From positions 17,732,001 to 17,796,000 of the forward strand of contig OZ024745.1 in assembly GCA_964016885.1 (NCBI GenBank): a stretch of 64,000 nucleotides of DNA, read 5' to 3'. Position numbers and translations under genes: made by a program. The notes beneath the pieces are model-generated. The model did not search any database and was not told where the DNA came from. It saw only the letters and a program-made list of their open reading frames with translations. The stretch comes from Eledone cirrhosa. Lineage: Eukaryota. Within the stretch, counting starts at the first letter, position 1; the number at the start of each line of letters is the position of its first letter. Shown here in pieces: positions 1-12,815 of this stretch.

Positions 1-1193
1 AAACAGCAATCACACATACATATATATAGATTGATAGATAGAGAAAGAGAAAGAAAGAGAGGGAATATTGTGTGTGGGTGTTTACTTTTTTGCAGTGTTA
101 CTTGGTATGTTGTATAATCATGCTATATTCCAAATGTTAATTTAAAATTCTATTTTATTTTAATCATTTTTCATAATACCCAGGGAATTTAAGCTAACGT
201 TCATATAATAATTTTATATAAATAAGCGTTAATCGAAATCTATTTTCAGATACTGAGCTGTTCGTGTAGCTATAAATTTGTGATGTCGAGTATGTGATCT
301 AGGTTACAACTCATGAATAATATTGATAATATTATAAGAAAATAAAGCTACTAATATTATATGACGGGGTATTCATTTCCGATGAGACAGAGATTGTATA
401 GTGTTTTTTTTTTTCTTTTTTTAGTAATGTACTAATATTTAGAGAACATTTTTTTCAAAATTTTACCAGAGCAATCGGGAATCTTCGGCCTATAATAGTT
501 ATTATCTATTTTTGAATTATGTTTTGTACAACTGTATACATTTTTTACAGAAGAATGATATGTGAATAGTGAATGTGTTAGAGCTGAATGTGCTTAGGTT
601 GTCTTATACTGATGAGAGGATACGCTGGAGCGATCCACTTTATAAAAGCATTGTACATACTCCGTGTGTATGTCTGTTATGGCATTTAAATCCTACAGGT
701 GTTTCGTTGGCTTCGCTTGAGGTTGTATCTCATGAGTTGCTGCTTGTTTCTTTAAAGATAGGTTTCCCCGTCATATCTTACTATGTGGGTCGTCATTATG
801 GTGAATGAAAGCGACATCGGTAAATATAAGAAAAGTATCATTTATTCAAAGGCATATACTTTTAGTTGTAACAATAAGCATGCCATAAGCTAGTATGAGA
901 AAATGAAACTTGTTTGTATTACTTTTAATTACATATGTGTCTGATGCAGCCGTATCATTGTACACGACACCAGAGGGGAATTATGAGAATCAAAATATCT
1001 GAGAGAATGTATTGATACATTCAAACATTTTGAATGCTTTTAACGCAATAAATGGATAGGTTATTCTATTTGTTTATTGTTCCATCCAGATGAAATGCTA
1101 ATACATTAATATCATATTCAATATACGTATCAAAGTTATATCACTGACAAAATATTTTTAAAATTATAAACAACTTACATTACCTAGTGAAAA

Positions 1194-1305
1194 CGCGTGG
1201 CTTATTAGTTAGAGAATTGTATTCGCAATCGTGTGGTTGTGAGTTCGATTCCGGGACCGAGAAGCGCGTTATGTCCTTGAGGAAGACATATTATTTCACG
1301 TTACA
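1194..1305 (+). mobile_element. tRNA-derived SINE fragment (old family)
   Basis: A-box-like GTGGCTTATTAGTTAG and B-box-like GAGTTCGATTCC, followed by a ...TGTCCTTGAGGAAGACA... core typical of mollusc SINEs; diverged. Confidence 0.5.
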
Positions 1306-1821
1306 CTTTCTGCCAGGATTTGCGACCAGTAGATAGTATCGGCTGTGGAAAGACCAATGGAAACATTGTTTTCTTTGCTCCGATTTGACGAATTCCACCC
1401 CACTTGGTAGCTCATGAGGTCTGGAATCTTGCCAGTCGATTCAATAAGCATCGTACATTACCTATATGAATAGAATATTTTTTGATTAGGCCATTACCAT
1501 AGCAATATCTGATCCTGAAGCAGATTCCCCTGGAATGATACAAATTATAATATAACTGCACCTGCATAATACGGAGATATGATGAGATGATTTTATGAGA
1601 AACAATATATTCTTTTATCATACAACGTTTTATTTGTTGCTTATTGGGGAGTTCATTATCTCATCAAGCCTGTATTGTTCGAGCCACAGGATCATGCCGA
1701 ATCTGTTCAGTATGCATTCAATATCACTTGCGTGTTAAATAAACCTGGTATAACATATATCTTTGTAATTAAACATGCCAAAATACTTCTCTGTAATGTA
1801 AGTACACATACACAGAGGCAC

Positions 1822-2039
<218 letters not shown>

Positions 2040-2226
2040 ATTAAGTGACCAATCTTACCGAATAGCATGGACACAAATAAAAATAGATAGATCAGTTTTA
2101 TAACGGTTTTAACCATAATTCAGAAGATTACTTGAGACTTGGGACAGTAGTACAGAAGCACAGTAGAGAGTCAGATCTTGATGGCTGAGCAAATGCCGTT
2201 TCAGCAGCAAATTCCTTAGGTGTTTT

Positions 2227-2288
<62 letters not shown>

Positions 2289-2732
2289 AGATACTCCGTG
2301 TGTATGTCTGTTAAATCCTAGAGGTCTTTAAATCCAACAGGTTTTCGTTAGCCTCCCATGAGGTTGTATCTCATGACTTGTTTCTTGTTACTTTAAAGAT
2401 AGGCTTCCCCGTCATATCTTACTATGTCGGTTTATTACTAAATTATTACTAAATTCGCTGTACATGGCCAATACAATAAATGTAATCTGAGTTTTTCGAA
2501 TATTAATAATAATATTCGATTCGTTTCCAATTATGAAAACACACCTCATTTTTAAAGCCATGTCAGTAGAATGAGCCCTCATTCTTGCTCTTGTGTTTGG
2601 CATGTAAACAGAACTGCAGGCACTAATATTTCTGGGTATTACCTCTCATGGGTACAGTTCACTGTTCACCTGCCAACTGTCAGAGCTAGTGAAAATATAT
2701 GATATTTTCTAAAATACACATTGACTAGAGTA

Positions 2733-2828
<96 letters not shown>

Positions 2829-2830
2829 AA

Positions 2831-3057
2831 ATTAGAATTGGTGCTCTGAAATAGCGATATATATATATGAATGTATATATATAGTGTATTTTGCAATACA
2901 CTGTATACTTAATTAAAAGCATTTCTGTCAGGTTTATCTCCCCTGTTTGCTGAAAATTAAAGTAAGTGAGACTGTCATACTCTAAAACTATAGCGTAAGA
3001 TCTTAGAAATGCTTTTCATTAAGCATACAGTGTATTGCAAAATACACAATATATACA

Positions 3058-3061
<4 letters not shown>
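2831..3061. mobile_element. Short fold-back remnant related to the 310-bp HHR repeat family (family B)
   Basis: Starts ATTAGAATTGGTGCTCTGAAATAGCGATATATAT, like 57661 onward; imperfect inverted arms ~2868-2926 and ~3005-3061; (TA)n on both sides. Confidence 0.7.
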
Positions 3062-3095
<34 letters not shown>

Positions 3096-3169
3096 CTCTT
3101 TTACTCTTTTACCTGTTTCAGCCATCTGGCTGAGGCCATGCTGGGGCACCGCCCTTGTTGTTACACATT

Positions 3170-3766
3170 TTATCTCCAGCCTGTATAGGTTGGCCACTGG
3201 TGTAAGAGGGAGTTTGTTGCTGCTGCCCTTAGGTTTCCCTCGTATCTTGCTGTGGGCTCATCCGGGATCCTGGATAACAAGGTGTCGGGATGTTTCTTAA
3301 AGACATCCACCTCCACGTCATGCAAGTCTCTCAGATGCCTCGGCAGCCTGTTGAAGAGTTGAGGGCCCTTGAATCCCAGGCTATTGCAATACCTGCTCCG
3401 TATTCTAGATGTGGAAGACGGGACCTTTAGCACCACACAGTGACGTCCTGTTCGACGGTTGGTCCAGCTTCCAATGCCAAATTTTGTTGCTAGTCCCTCC
3501 AGGATTTTCCACATGTAGATCACTGCGTATCTCTCCTGTCTTCGCTCCAAGGAGTAGAGGTTCAGTTCCTTTAGCCTCTCCCAGTAGCTTGTCTCCCTCA
3601 TCTTGGCAATCCTCTTGGTGTAGCTTCGCTGGATTGCCTCAAGCTCCGTGGTTAGTTTGACACTATGGGGTGACCACACCTGGGAGCAGTAGTCCAGGCG
3701 GCTTAGGACAAAAGTCCTCCACAGTGTCAACATGGTGTCTCGATCTCTTGTCCGGAAAGTCCTCAA
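3170..3766 (-). pseudogene. LINE ORF2 C-terminal region
   Basis: SRLDYCSQVWSP and YWERLKELNLYSLERRQERY motifs typical of CR1-group ORF2; separated from the RT by a frameshift and a stop. Confidence 0.88.
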
Positions 3767-3868
3767 GATCTAGCCAGCGAGTCGTCTGCACGTTGTCGCC
3801 ACTTTCATGATGTGTGAAGAAAAAGATGCATCATCGCTCATGTCTATGCCCAGGTCTCGTATCGATTT

Positions 3869-4864
3869 TTACACGGGGATATCGGTCCCTCCTGGTCCTG
3901 TGTAGCTGTGTTCCACTATATTTGTGTTTGCAGGTTTGTATTGTAGGGCTTGGAATTTGCCAGCATTAAACTGCATGTTGTTTTCTTCCGCCCATCTGTA
4001 TATGGCATCCAGATCCTGCTGTAAAAGGGCAGCGTCAGCCGGGTTTTTGATTGCCTGTGCTACCTTAGTGTCATCAGCATAGCTAGTGAGGGATGTTGTT
4101 GCATGCACCACAGAGGGCATGTCCGAGAGAGCCACCAAAAACAGTAGTGGTCCCAGGACTGTCCCCTGGGGCACCCCACTTGTTATCGGTGTTTCCCTCG
4201 AGAGGGCCCCATTTGCTGCGACTGCCTGGCTTCTGTCCCTTAGGAAGCCATGCAGCCACTCACATACTTTTCCAGTTATGCCGAGTCCGTGTAGTTTGTG
4301 ACATATTATTCCGTGGTCGACCTTGTCAAAGGCCTTCGCAAAGTCAAGATATATCACGTCAACATGTGAGCTGTCTAGTAGTTGTCTCAGTACCCAGTCG
4401 CAGTGATGTAGCAGCTGTGTAAGGCAGCTTCTTCCTGGGCGGAAGCCATGTTGCGTGCTAGTCAGGCGGTCATTTTCTTCGAGTAAAGTGATTAGTTTCT
4501 TTCTGACGACTCGCTCCATGACCTTACTGATATGCGACGTCAGGGAGACTGGCCTATAGTTCTTGGCCTCCGCTCTACTACCTCCTTTATGGATAGGACA
4601 TATTGTGCCTTCTTTCAGCTCCCTGGGTAGTACACCGCTAGCCAAGGAGCTTCTGAAGAGCATCTTCAGTGGAGTTGCTAAGGCCCGCTTACATATTTTT
4701 AAGAGAACTGCTGGGAATCCATCAGGTCCAGCAGCCGAGTCTGTTCTAATTTCATCAATGGCGTACACCACATCCTCCTCCGTTATGTCTATGTGGTTGA
4801 TGGTTGCTATTTCTTGATGTAGCGTTGTGACATCAAAGGACTCCTCTGGCTTCGTTATTTGCAT
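3869..4864 (-). pseudogene. LINE reverse transcriptase domain
   Basis: AAGPDG, NYRPVSLTS, QHGFRPGRSC, LDFAKAFDKV, GVPQGTVLGPLLF, YADD. Confidence 0.95.
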
Positions 4865-4913
4865 GTGCCTCAGTGGACATGTGAAGACACTTTTGTACTG
4901 TTCGTTCAGTATT

Positions 4914-6278
4914 TCACATATCTCTTGGGGGGTTTTCGGTTAATGAACCGTCCGTATGGAAGAGTGGCCCAATCTTGCAGTATACTGAGGCAGTTTCTTT
5001 TGCAAATTTAAAGAAGGCCTTAGGGTTTGTTTTAATGTTCTCTATGGCCCTGTTCTCTTTCTTTGCCCTCTCATTCTCATGTGAAAGTTTGAGTGCAATC
5101 TCGGTGTCAAGTAGTGCACGTTTCAAATAGGATTCCTTCTTGTTTTTGTTTTGTTGACTATTCAACTGGTTTGAGAGTTTAGTTCTACGTCTCATAAGGA
5201 TTTTCCTATCTCTGGGAATAAGATTTTTGTGTCTGTTTGCCTCTTTCTCCGGGACAAACTTTTTGCATATGGTGTGTATCGTTGTCATGAAGTGTTGAAA
5301 TTGTGTGTTAGTGTCTTTTGTGGCGGTGTTTTCACTCCATGTTTGCTTCCGGATTTCACTCTTAATCTTTTTCCAGTTAGCCTTGTAGAAGTTAAGGCTG
5401 GATAGTGTCCCGGAGCTTCTTTGTAGTTTTGTCTCTGTTGGTTCTCTTGGACCACATATCATTAGCTCTACTAAGTTATGATCCGAGAGAATTGTTGGTG
5501 TCACCTTTACATTGTGGATGAGCACTTCGTTGTTTGTAAAACAGAGGTCCAGGACACTTTCGCCTCTTGTTAGGAGGAGTATTGCTTGCTCCATGAACAG
5601 CCTGTGTGTGAGGGCCAGCAGGGATTCCGTCTGTCTCTGTTCTATTGACATCATTCCAGGGAGGAGGTGGCCCTCAGGCCATTTGTCCTTTGGTAGGTTG
5701 AAGTCTCCCAGCAGTAGGATGTTGAGACCCTGGTCCAGTTTGTCAAGGATCTCTTCTATCCTACTTAGGCTATCCTCAAATTTAACCTCATGACTGGGGG
5801 CATCGGGCGGCCGATATGTGACACATATTACTGTCTGTAGTTGCTTCATATGTATTATCAGTGTGTCACAGACTGAGTTTGAATGTGTCAACAGTACAAT
5901 TGGAGTGACATCTTCACGGATATACAGAACAACCCCACCATGAGTTCTCTCCATCCTGTCCGAACGAAATACAGTATATTTCGGTATATGTATTTCTGCA
6001 TCTGCTATACTGCTTGTCAGGTGCGTTTCGGTTAGTGCCATGCATAGTGCTTGATTGCTTATGGCTAAGTCTCCCAGGTAGGAAATTTTACTCATGTTAC
6101 TGAGTTTCACCAGGCCTCTGACATTCAGCAGCAGCACTGGTGTGACTTTTGGGGTGCCAGTAATGGCTGTCGGTAAGACACCTGGTCTGGTGTCAGCGGC
6201 GGCCACTCTGGGTCCCTTAACTGTGGTGGTCTCGAGTGCTGGTGTGGATGACCCTGGCTCTGGAGACGATGCAGCCAA
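4914..6278 (-). pseudogene. LINE apurinic-like (APE/EEP) endonuclease domain
   Basis: NVRGL, LTETHL, HGGV, YRPP, GDFN, LDLCF, SDH motifs; frameshift near 4925 before the RT. Confidence 0.93.
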
Positions 6279-6544
6279 GTCAGCTGTCCCACAATCTTCT
6301 CTGCCATCACTAAAAAGTTTTTCTGATCTGCTGCTGCCATCTGTATCTCGTCAGCATGTGCGTGCCTTCTCCTTGTTGGTGCGGCACGCGCGACATCAGC
6401 ATACTTCTGGAGCGGCTTATTTCGGTTGGGGCATGTTGCGCGAGTATGATGGGCATAGTTCGTTTGAGACCTAGGGTGGGCGAATCTGCATCCCATCCCT
6501 GTCTCTCCATGCCAGCATGTCCCGTTCTTGAAAAACTTGCACAT
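6125..6544 (-). pseudogene. LINE ORF1 C-terminal remnant with CCCH zinc finger
   Basis: CKFFKNGTCWHGETGMGCRFAH (C-x7-C-x8-C-x3-H) immediately upstream of and overlapping ORF2. Confidence 0.65.
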
Positions 6545-6850
6545 TACTTGGGGTTTTTTGCTCCCAGTGTCTCGGTGCTTTCTGTTCTTCCTTTGAACAG
6601 TTGTCCACTGGTCCCTCTGCGCTTGTTTCTCATATATTTTTTTTTAAATAGAGGTGTGACACACGAGTTGTGATATATTAGTAAAAAGGAAAAGAAAATG
6701 CTGACAAATTTTTCCCAGTGAAAATAGTAAACTTGGAATAAGTATGAATTAGTATAACGTATTAGTTAGTATTCAGTTTTAGTTTTAAATGTTTACCGGT
6801 TGCACATTTCTTATGCTTTTCAAAATAATTTTGAGATAGAGTGCCCGTGA

Positions 6851-7030
6851 ATAACAGATTAAAGTTTAGGCAAAGAATCGCTGTTTTTCACCCTTAACGG
6901 GATCTTCTGAAGCTAAAAAACAATCTGTGAACGCAGAAATATTTCGAAAAACGCTGCAACCGAAGGAAAACAGGAAGACGATACTTTGGTTCGTGAAGAC
7001 ATTCCCGGGCAGTAAACGAAATATATCTAT
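6851..7030 (-). mobile_element. Family C HHR element fragment (diverged)
   Basis: Matches 27043 onward (ATAACAGATTAAAGTTTA.GCAAAGAATCGCTG...); decayed HHR at 6863-6914. Confidence 0.75.
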
Positions 7031-8522
7031 ATCAAATAATTTAAGTGTAGGCAGTATATTGTATTGATTCGAAACATTGTCCATTTATTGTTAATGTACT
7101 TTGCATTAGCTTTTACATATGTATTTGAAATAAAATAAGCAGAAATATTTCTTTACCTTGTATTTGTAATCGAAAATTTTATTTGAAGGTTAAAGAGGTG
7201 ATTATACTCATATTTATCGGTAAACACTTAAGCCGTTTTCTTCGAAAATTAAACTGACTGAAAGTAGGTTATTTGCTTTGTTGTCATTTTAAAATGCGAT
7301 AAATATGGAATAATTGCCTAAGATATGGGTGATATGTATTTTTTAAATGTTACAATACAATGGCGCTAATGTTAACACTGGAAATTTGATAAAATATGAC
7401 AGTTATACAACAATTATTGAAATCAAATATGTGCTTAATACGTGGATTTATAAATGCACCTACTGACAGAATCCAACTACAATTCAATAAAACTGGTCAT
7501 AAAGCAACACATTATTGTGATAGAGTCATAGAGTCAGATAGAACGCTTTGTACTATTAATTCCAGCTCTTTTCTCCTGGGAGATTCGCACCGAGGTCAAA
7601 TTTGCCTTTCATTAATTGTTGTTCGATAAAATATAACAGTACTAAATTATTGAGGTTAGTATAACTAAATTCCCTCCCCACAAACAATTGTTGTTGTTTG
7701 CCCAAATTAGAAAAAACTATATCGGGATGTTTAAAATGCTCTGCTGTTGTTATTAATGGTATTGGTGGTGATTGTGGTGGTGTTGGTGTTGTTGCTGCTC
7801 TTTGTGTTGCTATTTTGTTTGGTGTCGTTGTTGGTGTTGGTGATGCAGCCTCGGGTGTTGTTGCGTCTCTGGTTGATGTTGATATTGCTGCTACTACCAT
7901 ATTTGGTGCCACTGTTGATATAAGTATCGTTAGTGATGTATTTGTTACTGACGCCTTGCTGTTCTCAGAAATGGTGGCCTTTGGTTCCCTGTCTGATGCT
8001 CAGGACAAAACGTTCACAAGCCGTTAAACTCCATAAACAGAGTGCAGCGAGGCGTTTACCCTCGCCTATGGCATGTATTTCCACCCAACCCAAAATGTAA
8101 TTGCGGAATGAATTCTTGTTCAAACTTTCTGTAGTGATGTGGAGGAGCACTTTGGAATTGGTCACAGACTTTCCCACTGCGATCCTTTTACTGCTAGGGG
8201 GCTTTCTGTAACCTCCGGGACAATGCTGGCCGCATTCTTCCATATATGGAACACTAGTGTGTTTTCATAGATCTTGTTGTTTCGACAGCAGAGCACTGAA
8301 TGTTGTACATTTGAAGAAAACTGACATTCCTCCAAACAACTAGGATTTTGGTATATGATGGATATTTGGCATTGTGTCTTCTGTGCTCTCTCTACCTCCA
8401 TAGTTGGCGCTATTATCAGCCAAATGCATAGGCAGAGACTGCTGCCAAAACGTTGTGCGGGGCTGCTACCTTGGTTGAAAAGATTGCAGCTTGAGCAAGT
8501 CAAGATTATTTCCTAATATGTC

Positions 8523-8710
8523 GGGCGGTGGATTGGCAGTATCGGTAGAGGGTCGGACGCAATGCTTTCCAGCATAGTTACGTCCCTTTACGATCTGAGT
8601 TCAAATCTCGCCGAGGTTGACTTTGCTTTTCATCCTTACGGGGTCGATAGAATAAAGTACCAGTAATGCACTGGATAATTGCTGGCCTTGTGCCTAAAGT
8701 AGAAACAATG
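8523..8710 (+). mobile_element. OK-like tRNA-derived SINE, full length, with 15-bp TSD
   Basis: A box TGGCAGTATCGG, B box GAGTTCAAAT, tail GGCCTTGTGCCTAAAGTAGAAACAAT; TSD ATTTCCTAATATGTC at 8508-8522 and 8711-8725. Confidence 0.9.
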
Positions 8711-9479
8711 ATTTCCTAATATGTCCATATTGAACAGCAATCGTGTTTTTAGCCATGCTGTACATTTATTTCATGATGTTTTGGGGATTAGCATTGTTAT
8801 TGTTCTTATCAAATAATCGTTTTATAAATCTTAATGAATTTTTTCATCTTGAAAATTTATTGAAAGCAAAATGTTGAACATATTTTAAACAGCGTTCAAT
8901 TTCTAACACTACATATGGTGTGAATATGGAATTATTAATATATTACATATAATAGTAGGATTTTGATTTATTGACAATAGTGATATATATATAACAGTAA
9001 CGTCATAAATAAGAATCCCAAGTTTAATATACTAATGCTTCATTGCTGAGAATCGGTCCGCAGCAATTTGCTGTAACATAGGTTAGAAATGGTTTCATAT
9101 GAATTCATGTTAAAATAATGTTTCGAAATATAAATATATAACATTAACATTTGATGTTGGAAGAAAGCATTGTTGGTGAAATTTGGATATGTTTTCGATG
9201 GGGAGTGGCTGCCTTAGATTTATAAATCAGTTCGTAGTTTCATCGTGATTCATTCAATATGTCAATACAGCGAATTTTATTCATAAGTGAACTGACTTTG
9301 TTAAACGTTCTATAGTTAGACTAGATGGTGGTGGCGATATTAGTATGAATACCATATAAAAACATGCAATTACATAGAATTCCCATCGATTGAAATTTAT
9401 TGAAGAAATGTTATCCTCCTACGTTCAAACACACCCACACACATGGACACACACATATATATATAAGCGTATGTGTGTG

Positions 9480-9554
<75 letters not shown>

Positions 9555-10245
9555 TTCTCTTTGTGTCTAGTTATTGATGCTTCACCCACACCTCAACCGA
9601 CGTATGGGTAGGTTATTTAAGTCGTATTTTTCTGGAGACATTCGAAAGAGAAGAAAACAGTAAAAAATCATTGAAAAGTACCAGGCCTTTGGAATCAATA
9701 TTCGGTGAATTCTGAAAGAGACATTGGGATATACTTATAAACGAATGACTTTCACGGAAACAAGCTTATAACTTTCGATTTTTTTATTTTTTATTTCTTA
9801 TTTACTTGACGAAAATTCGATAGTCTATTCATTGTAGAAAGTAAGATACAATGAATATATACAAATGAGGAATATGACAAATGATTTATTCAATATTACA
9901 GGCAGGTGAGCGTTGTGAAACAAGATTTACGTTTGTTTCTCGTTTCGATTTCTCTCTCGAACGTAATGTTAAAAATATGTAGCTTGGATACAAATAATGA
10001 AAACTATATTTGTAACATGAATGTTATGGACTTTGAAAGAAAATTGATTTTTGTTTTACAAGTTCCTTAGTCTGAAAAGTTGACGAATATTCTCATATCA
10101 ATTACAGGCAGATTTATATTGATGATGTCAAGCATGATAATATAGGTAGGCGATAACATTTGTGTAGCAGTAATGAAATTATGCCGTAATTCTACACGTA
10201 TTGTATGGCTTTAATGACCTGAATACCAGTATAGTTTCACTCTCT

Positions 10246-10332
<87 letters not shown>

Positions 10333-11161
10333 ATATATATATATAGGTGTGTGTGTGCGTGTGTGTGTAAAATGTAAACATCAATAACATATCAAACGAC
10401 ACAGTACAATCATGAAATATGTGTGTACGTGTGTGTGTGTGTGTGTGTGCGTGTGTATGTGTATGTATGTGTGTGTGTGTGTGCGTGTGGATGTGTGTGT
10501 GCGCGTGGGTGAGTATGTGTACTTATCCCTATATAAATGTAAATAAATACGTATCACTCGAGATCGTCTAGCGTGATAAGTATTTCATTACGTCACGGAG
10601 GATTTCTTCTTCGGTAACAAAAACCTTGATCTTCATCACACTTGAACCGGCCTTATACGCTGCGAAGCATTTCTCACTTCTCCTTCATATGCGAGATTCT
10701 CTTCTACGCTATTGTTCCTAAGATTATTGCAAAATATAAGTCTGCTTTGTTCATTCATCTTGTGAACGAAAAAGTACGCGTGTAAATGTTTGTCTTATTT
10801 TATTCTGAGAGGTAAATAAATTAATCATAGCTGTATATGTTACTGTATATATTTAATTAACTATATTTCAGCAGTCACAATTACTCTGGATCTGTGCCTC
10901 ACCATTGCAAAGTTCTACTTTATAAGATAATTATGTTACATTGTAGTACAAAACGGAAGGCATTTAGATAATAAACGTTTCAGTCAAACTTATATAAAGA
11001 TGTAACGTTTAAAATATATACAGCATTTAAATCATAGAATGAAAAATAAAGCAAAATATTCAGTGCAATAGGTAAAACTAATGTTATATATTTATATATC
11101 TGTGTATATATATATATATATGGAGGAGGTTATAGTTCACTTGAAGCATTGTGTAATGAGG

Positions 11162-11538
11162 TATAAACGTTAGAATATGTGTAATAAGGCCAAGACAATG
11201 CAGATATGGACATAGAAAAAAGAATGCAATAGTGAGAGATATTGATGAGAATTCGTCTTTCACCTTGAATTTATTTAAATGTCCTTAATTTTCGAGATAA
11301 TATCTCTTCTTCGGAGGGAAGTAAAAGTCTCAGACCAGCGTCTTAAATTTCCAATGAAGCCACGCTTTAAGACTTTTACTTCCCTCCGAAGAAGAGATAT
11401 TATCTCGAAAATTAAGGACATTTAAATAAATTCAAGGTGAAAGACGAATTCTCATCAATATCTCTCACTATTGCATTCTTTTTTCTATGTCCATATCTGC
11501 ATTGTCTTGGCCTTATTACACATATTCTAACGTTTATA
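11162..11538. repeat. 169-bp inverted repeat (fold-back PLE-type insertion) carrying an HHR-like motif
   Basis: Arms 11162-11330 and 11370-11538 are reverse complements; the right end runs into (TA)n; CCGAAGA-A-GAGAT/ATCTC-GAAA at 11386-11410. Confidence 0.85.
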
Positions 11539-11832
11539 TATATATATATATGAATACGCAAATGATGTGTGTACAATTTAAGCGTCTGCAATTTGTGCGT
11601 GTGCAATCTGAGCATGAGTATGTCAGTGTGATATAAGAAACACTATGCTAAAAGGTTAGTGTAACATGAAAGATATAGAGAGATGTGCAGTCCTAATTTT
11701 ACAGTAAATAATAAAATATTTTACGATAGTTGGCGGCAAAAAGTTGTTGCACAATAAATGAAAAGGCAGCTGAACTCTCCTGAAATCGTGACAATACACA
11801 GATGCTGATAAACAGCGCCCCCCTCCACACAC

Positions 11833-11890
<58 letters not shown>

Positions 11891-11893
11891 TGA

Positions 11894-11930
<37 letters not shown>

Positions 11931-11994
11931 AATATGTGTGTATATAATTATATATATATTTAAATATATATGTATATGTATATATATGTCTATA

Positions 11995-12078
<84 letters not shown>

Positions 12079-12200
12079 GGAGGTGAGTTTTATTGTAGTA
12101 CAATAAAGCAAGGCAGATATCGGATAAGAAGCACTCTACAATTTGTAGGACTGGAGTATACATAATATATAAGATCAAAAGATGGTTAAAGGAGTTCCAT

Positions 12201-12271
12201 GTATTTTATTATGCGCATTTTAAAAACAAACATCATCATGCAATAATATTTGTGTTTTCATCAGATAAAAC
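12201..12271 (-). ncRNA. Hammerhead ribozyme, inverted pLTR copy (GAAA mutated to AAAA)
   Basis: Reverse complement TTTTAT-CTGATGA-stem II-AAAA-TGCGCA-TA-ATAAAA. Confidence 0.65.
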
Positions 12272-12815
12272 AGGAGGACATGATATGAAGGCTAAAAAAC
12301 ACTTGTGGATAGTGCAGTTTTAAATCAACATATGAGAAGTAGTTTTAGATTGATGTGTGATATTGGGAAAAATATTTTATTTAGAGAGGGGGGGTGGAAA
12401 GGATGAAAAAAAGGGGAGGACATGGGAGTGAAGGTGGAGAGGGAGAGATGGGTGATAGAGAGAAAGAGATAGTTTTTATAACTGAGAAAAGATATATTGT
12501 TTTACATAGAGAGGTTGAAAACCGTTGGAAGATAATGTATAAATTAAAAGAATTTGAAAATTGACGAAGGGAAAAATATGTACGAGGAAGGAGAGGGAGT
12601 TAATATGTATTGAGATTAAAAAGTTTGATGATAGAGAGAATAGAATAATGAATTGCAGATGAATATTCTAACGTCAAAAAAATGTGTGTATGTTTACAAG
12701 TATTATGGAAATTTGAAAATTAACGAAGAGAAAAAATGATTAAGGTTTGTGTATTGAAGGATTTGAGAAAAATAATGTGAAGTTAAGGTTTGTATATTGA
12801 AGGAATTGATAATAT

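Larger units (their letters stand above)
3092..6632 (-). mobile_element. CR1-group non-LTR retrotransposon (LINE), 5'-truncated and decayed
   Basis: ORF1 remnant, APE endonuclease, RT and C-terminal ORF pieces in the correct order; 3' tail of short (TAAAAGAG) repeats abutting (TA)n; GC content higher than flanks. Confidence 0.93.

Noticed and set aside
600-650. CTGATGA followed by a GGAT..ATCC hairpin
   Set aside because: Lacks GAAA and a cleavage-site helix
8523-8620. tRNA gene
   Set aside because: A/B boxes are present but there is no cloverleaf; it continues into a SINE body and is flanked by a TSD
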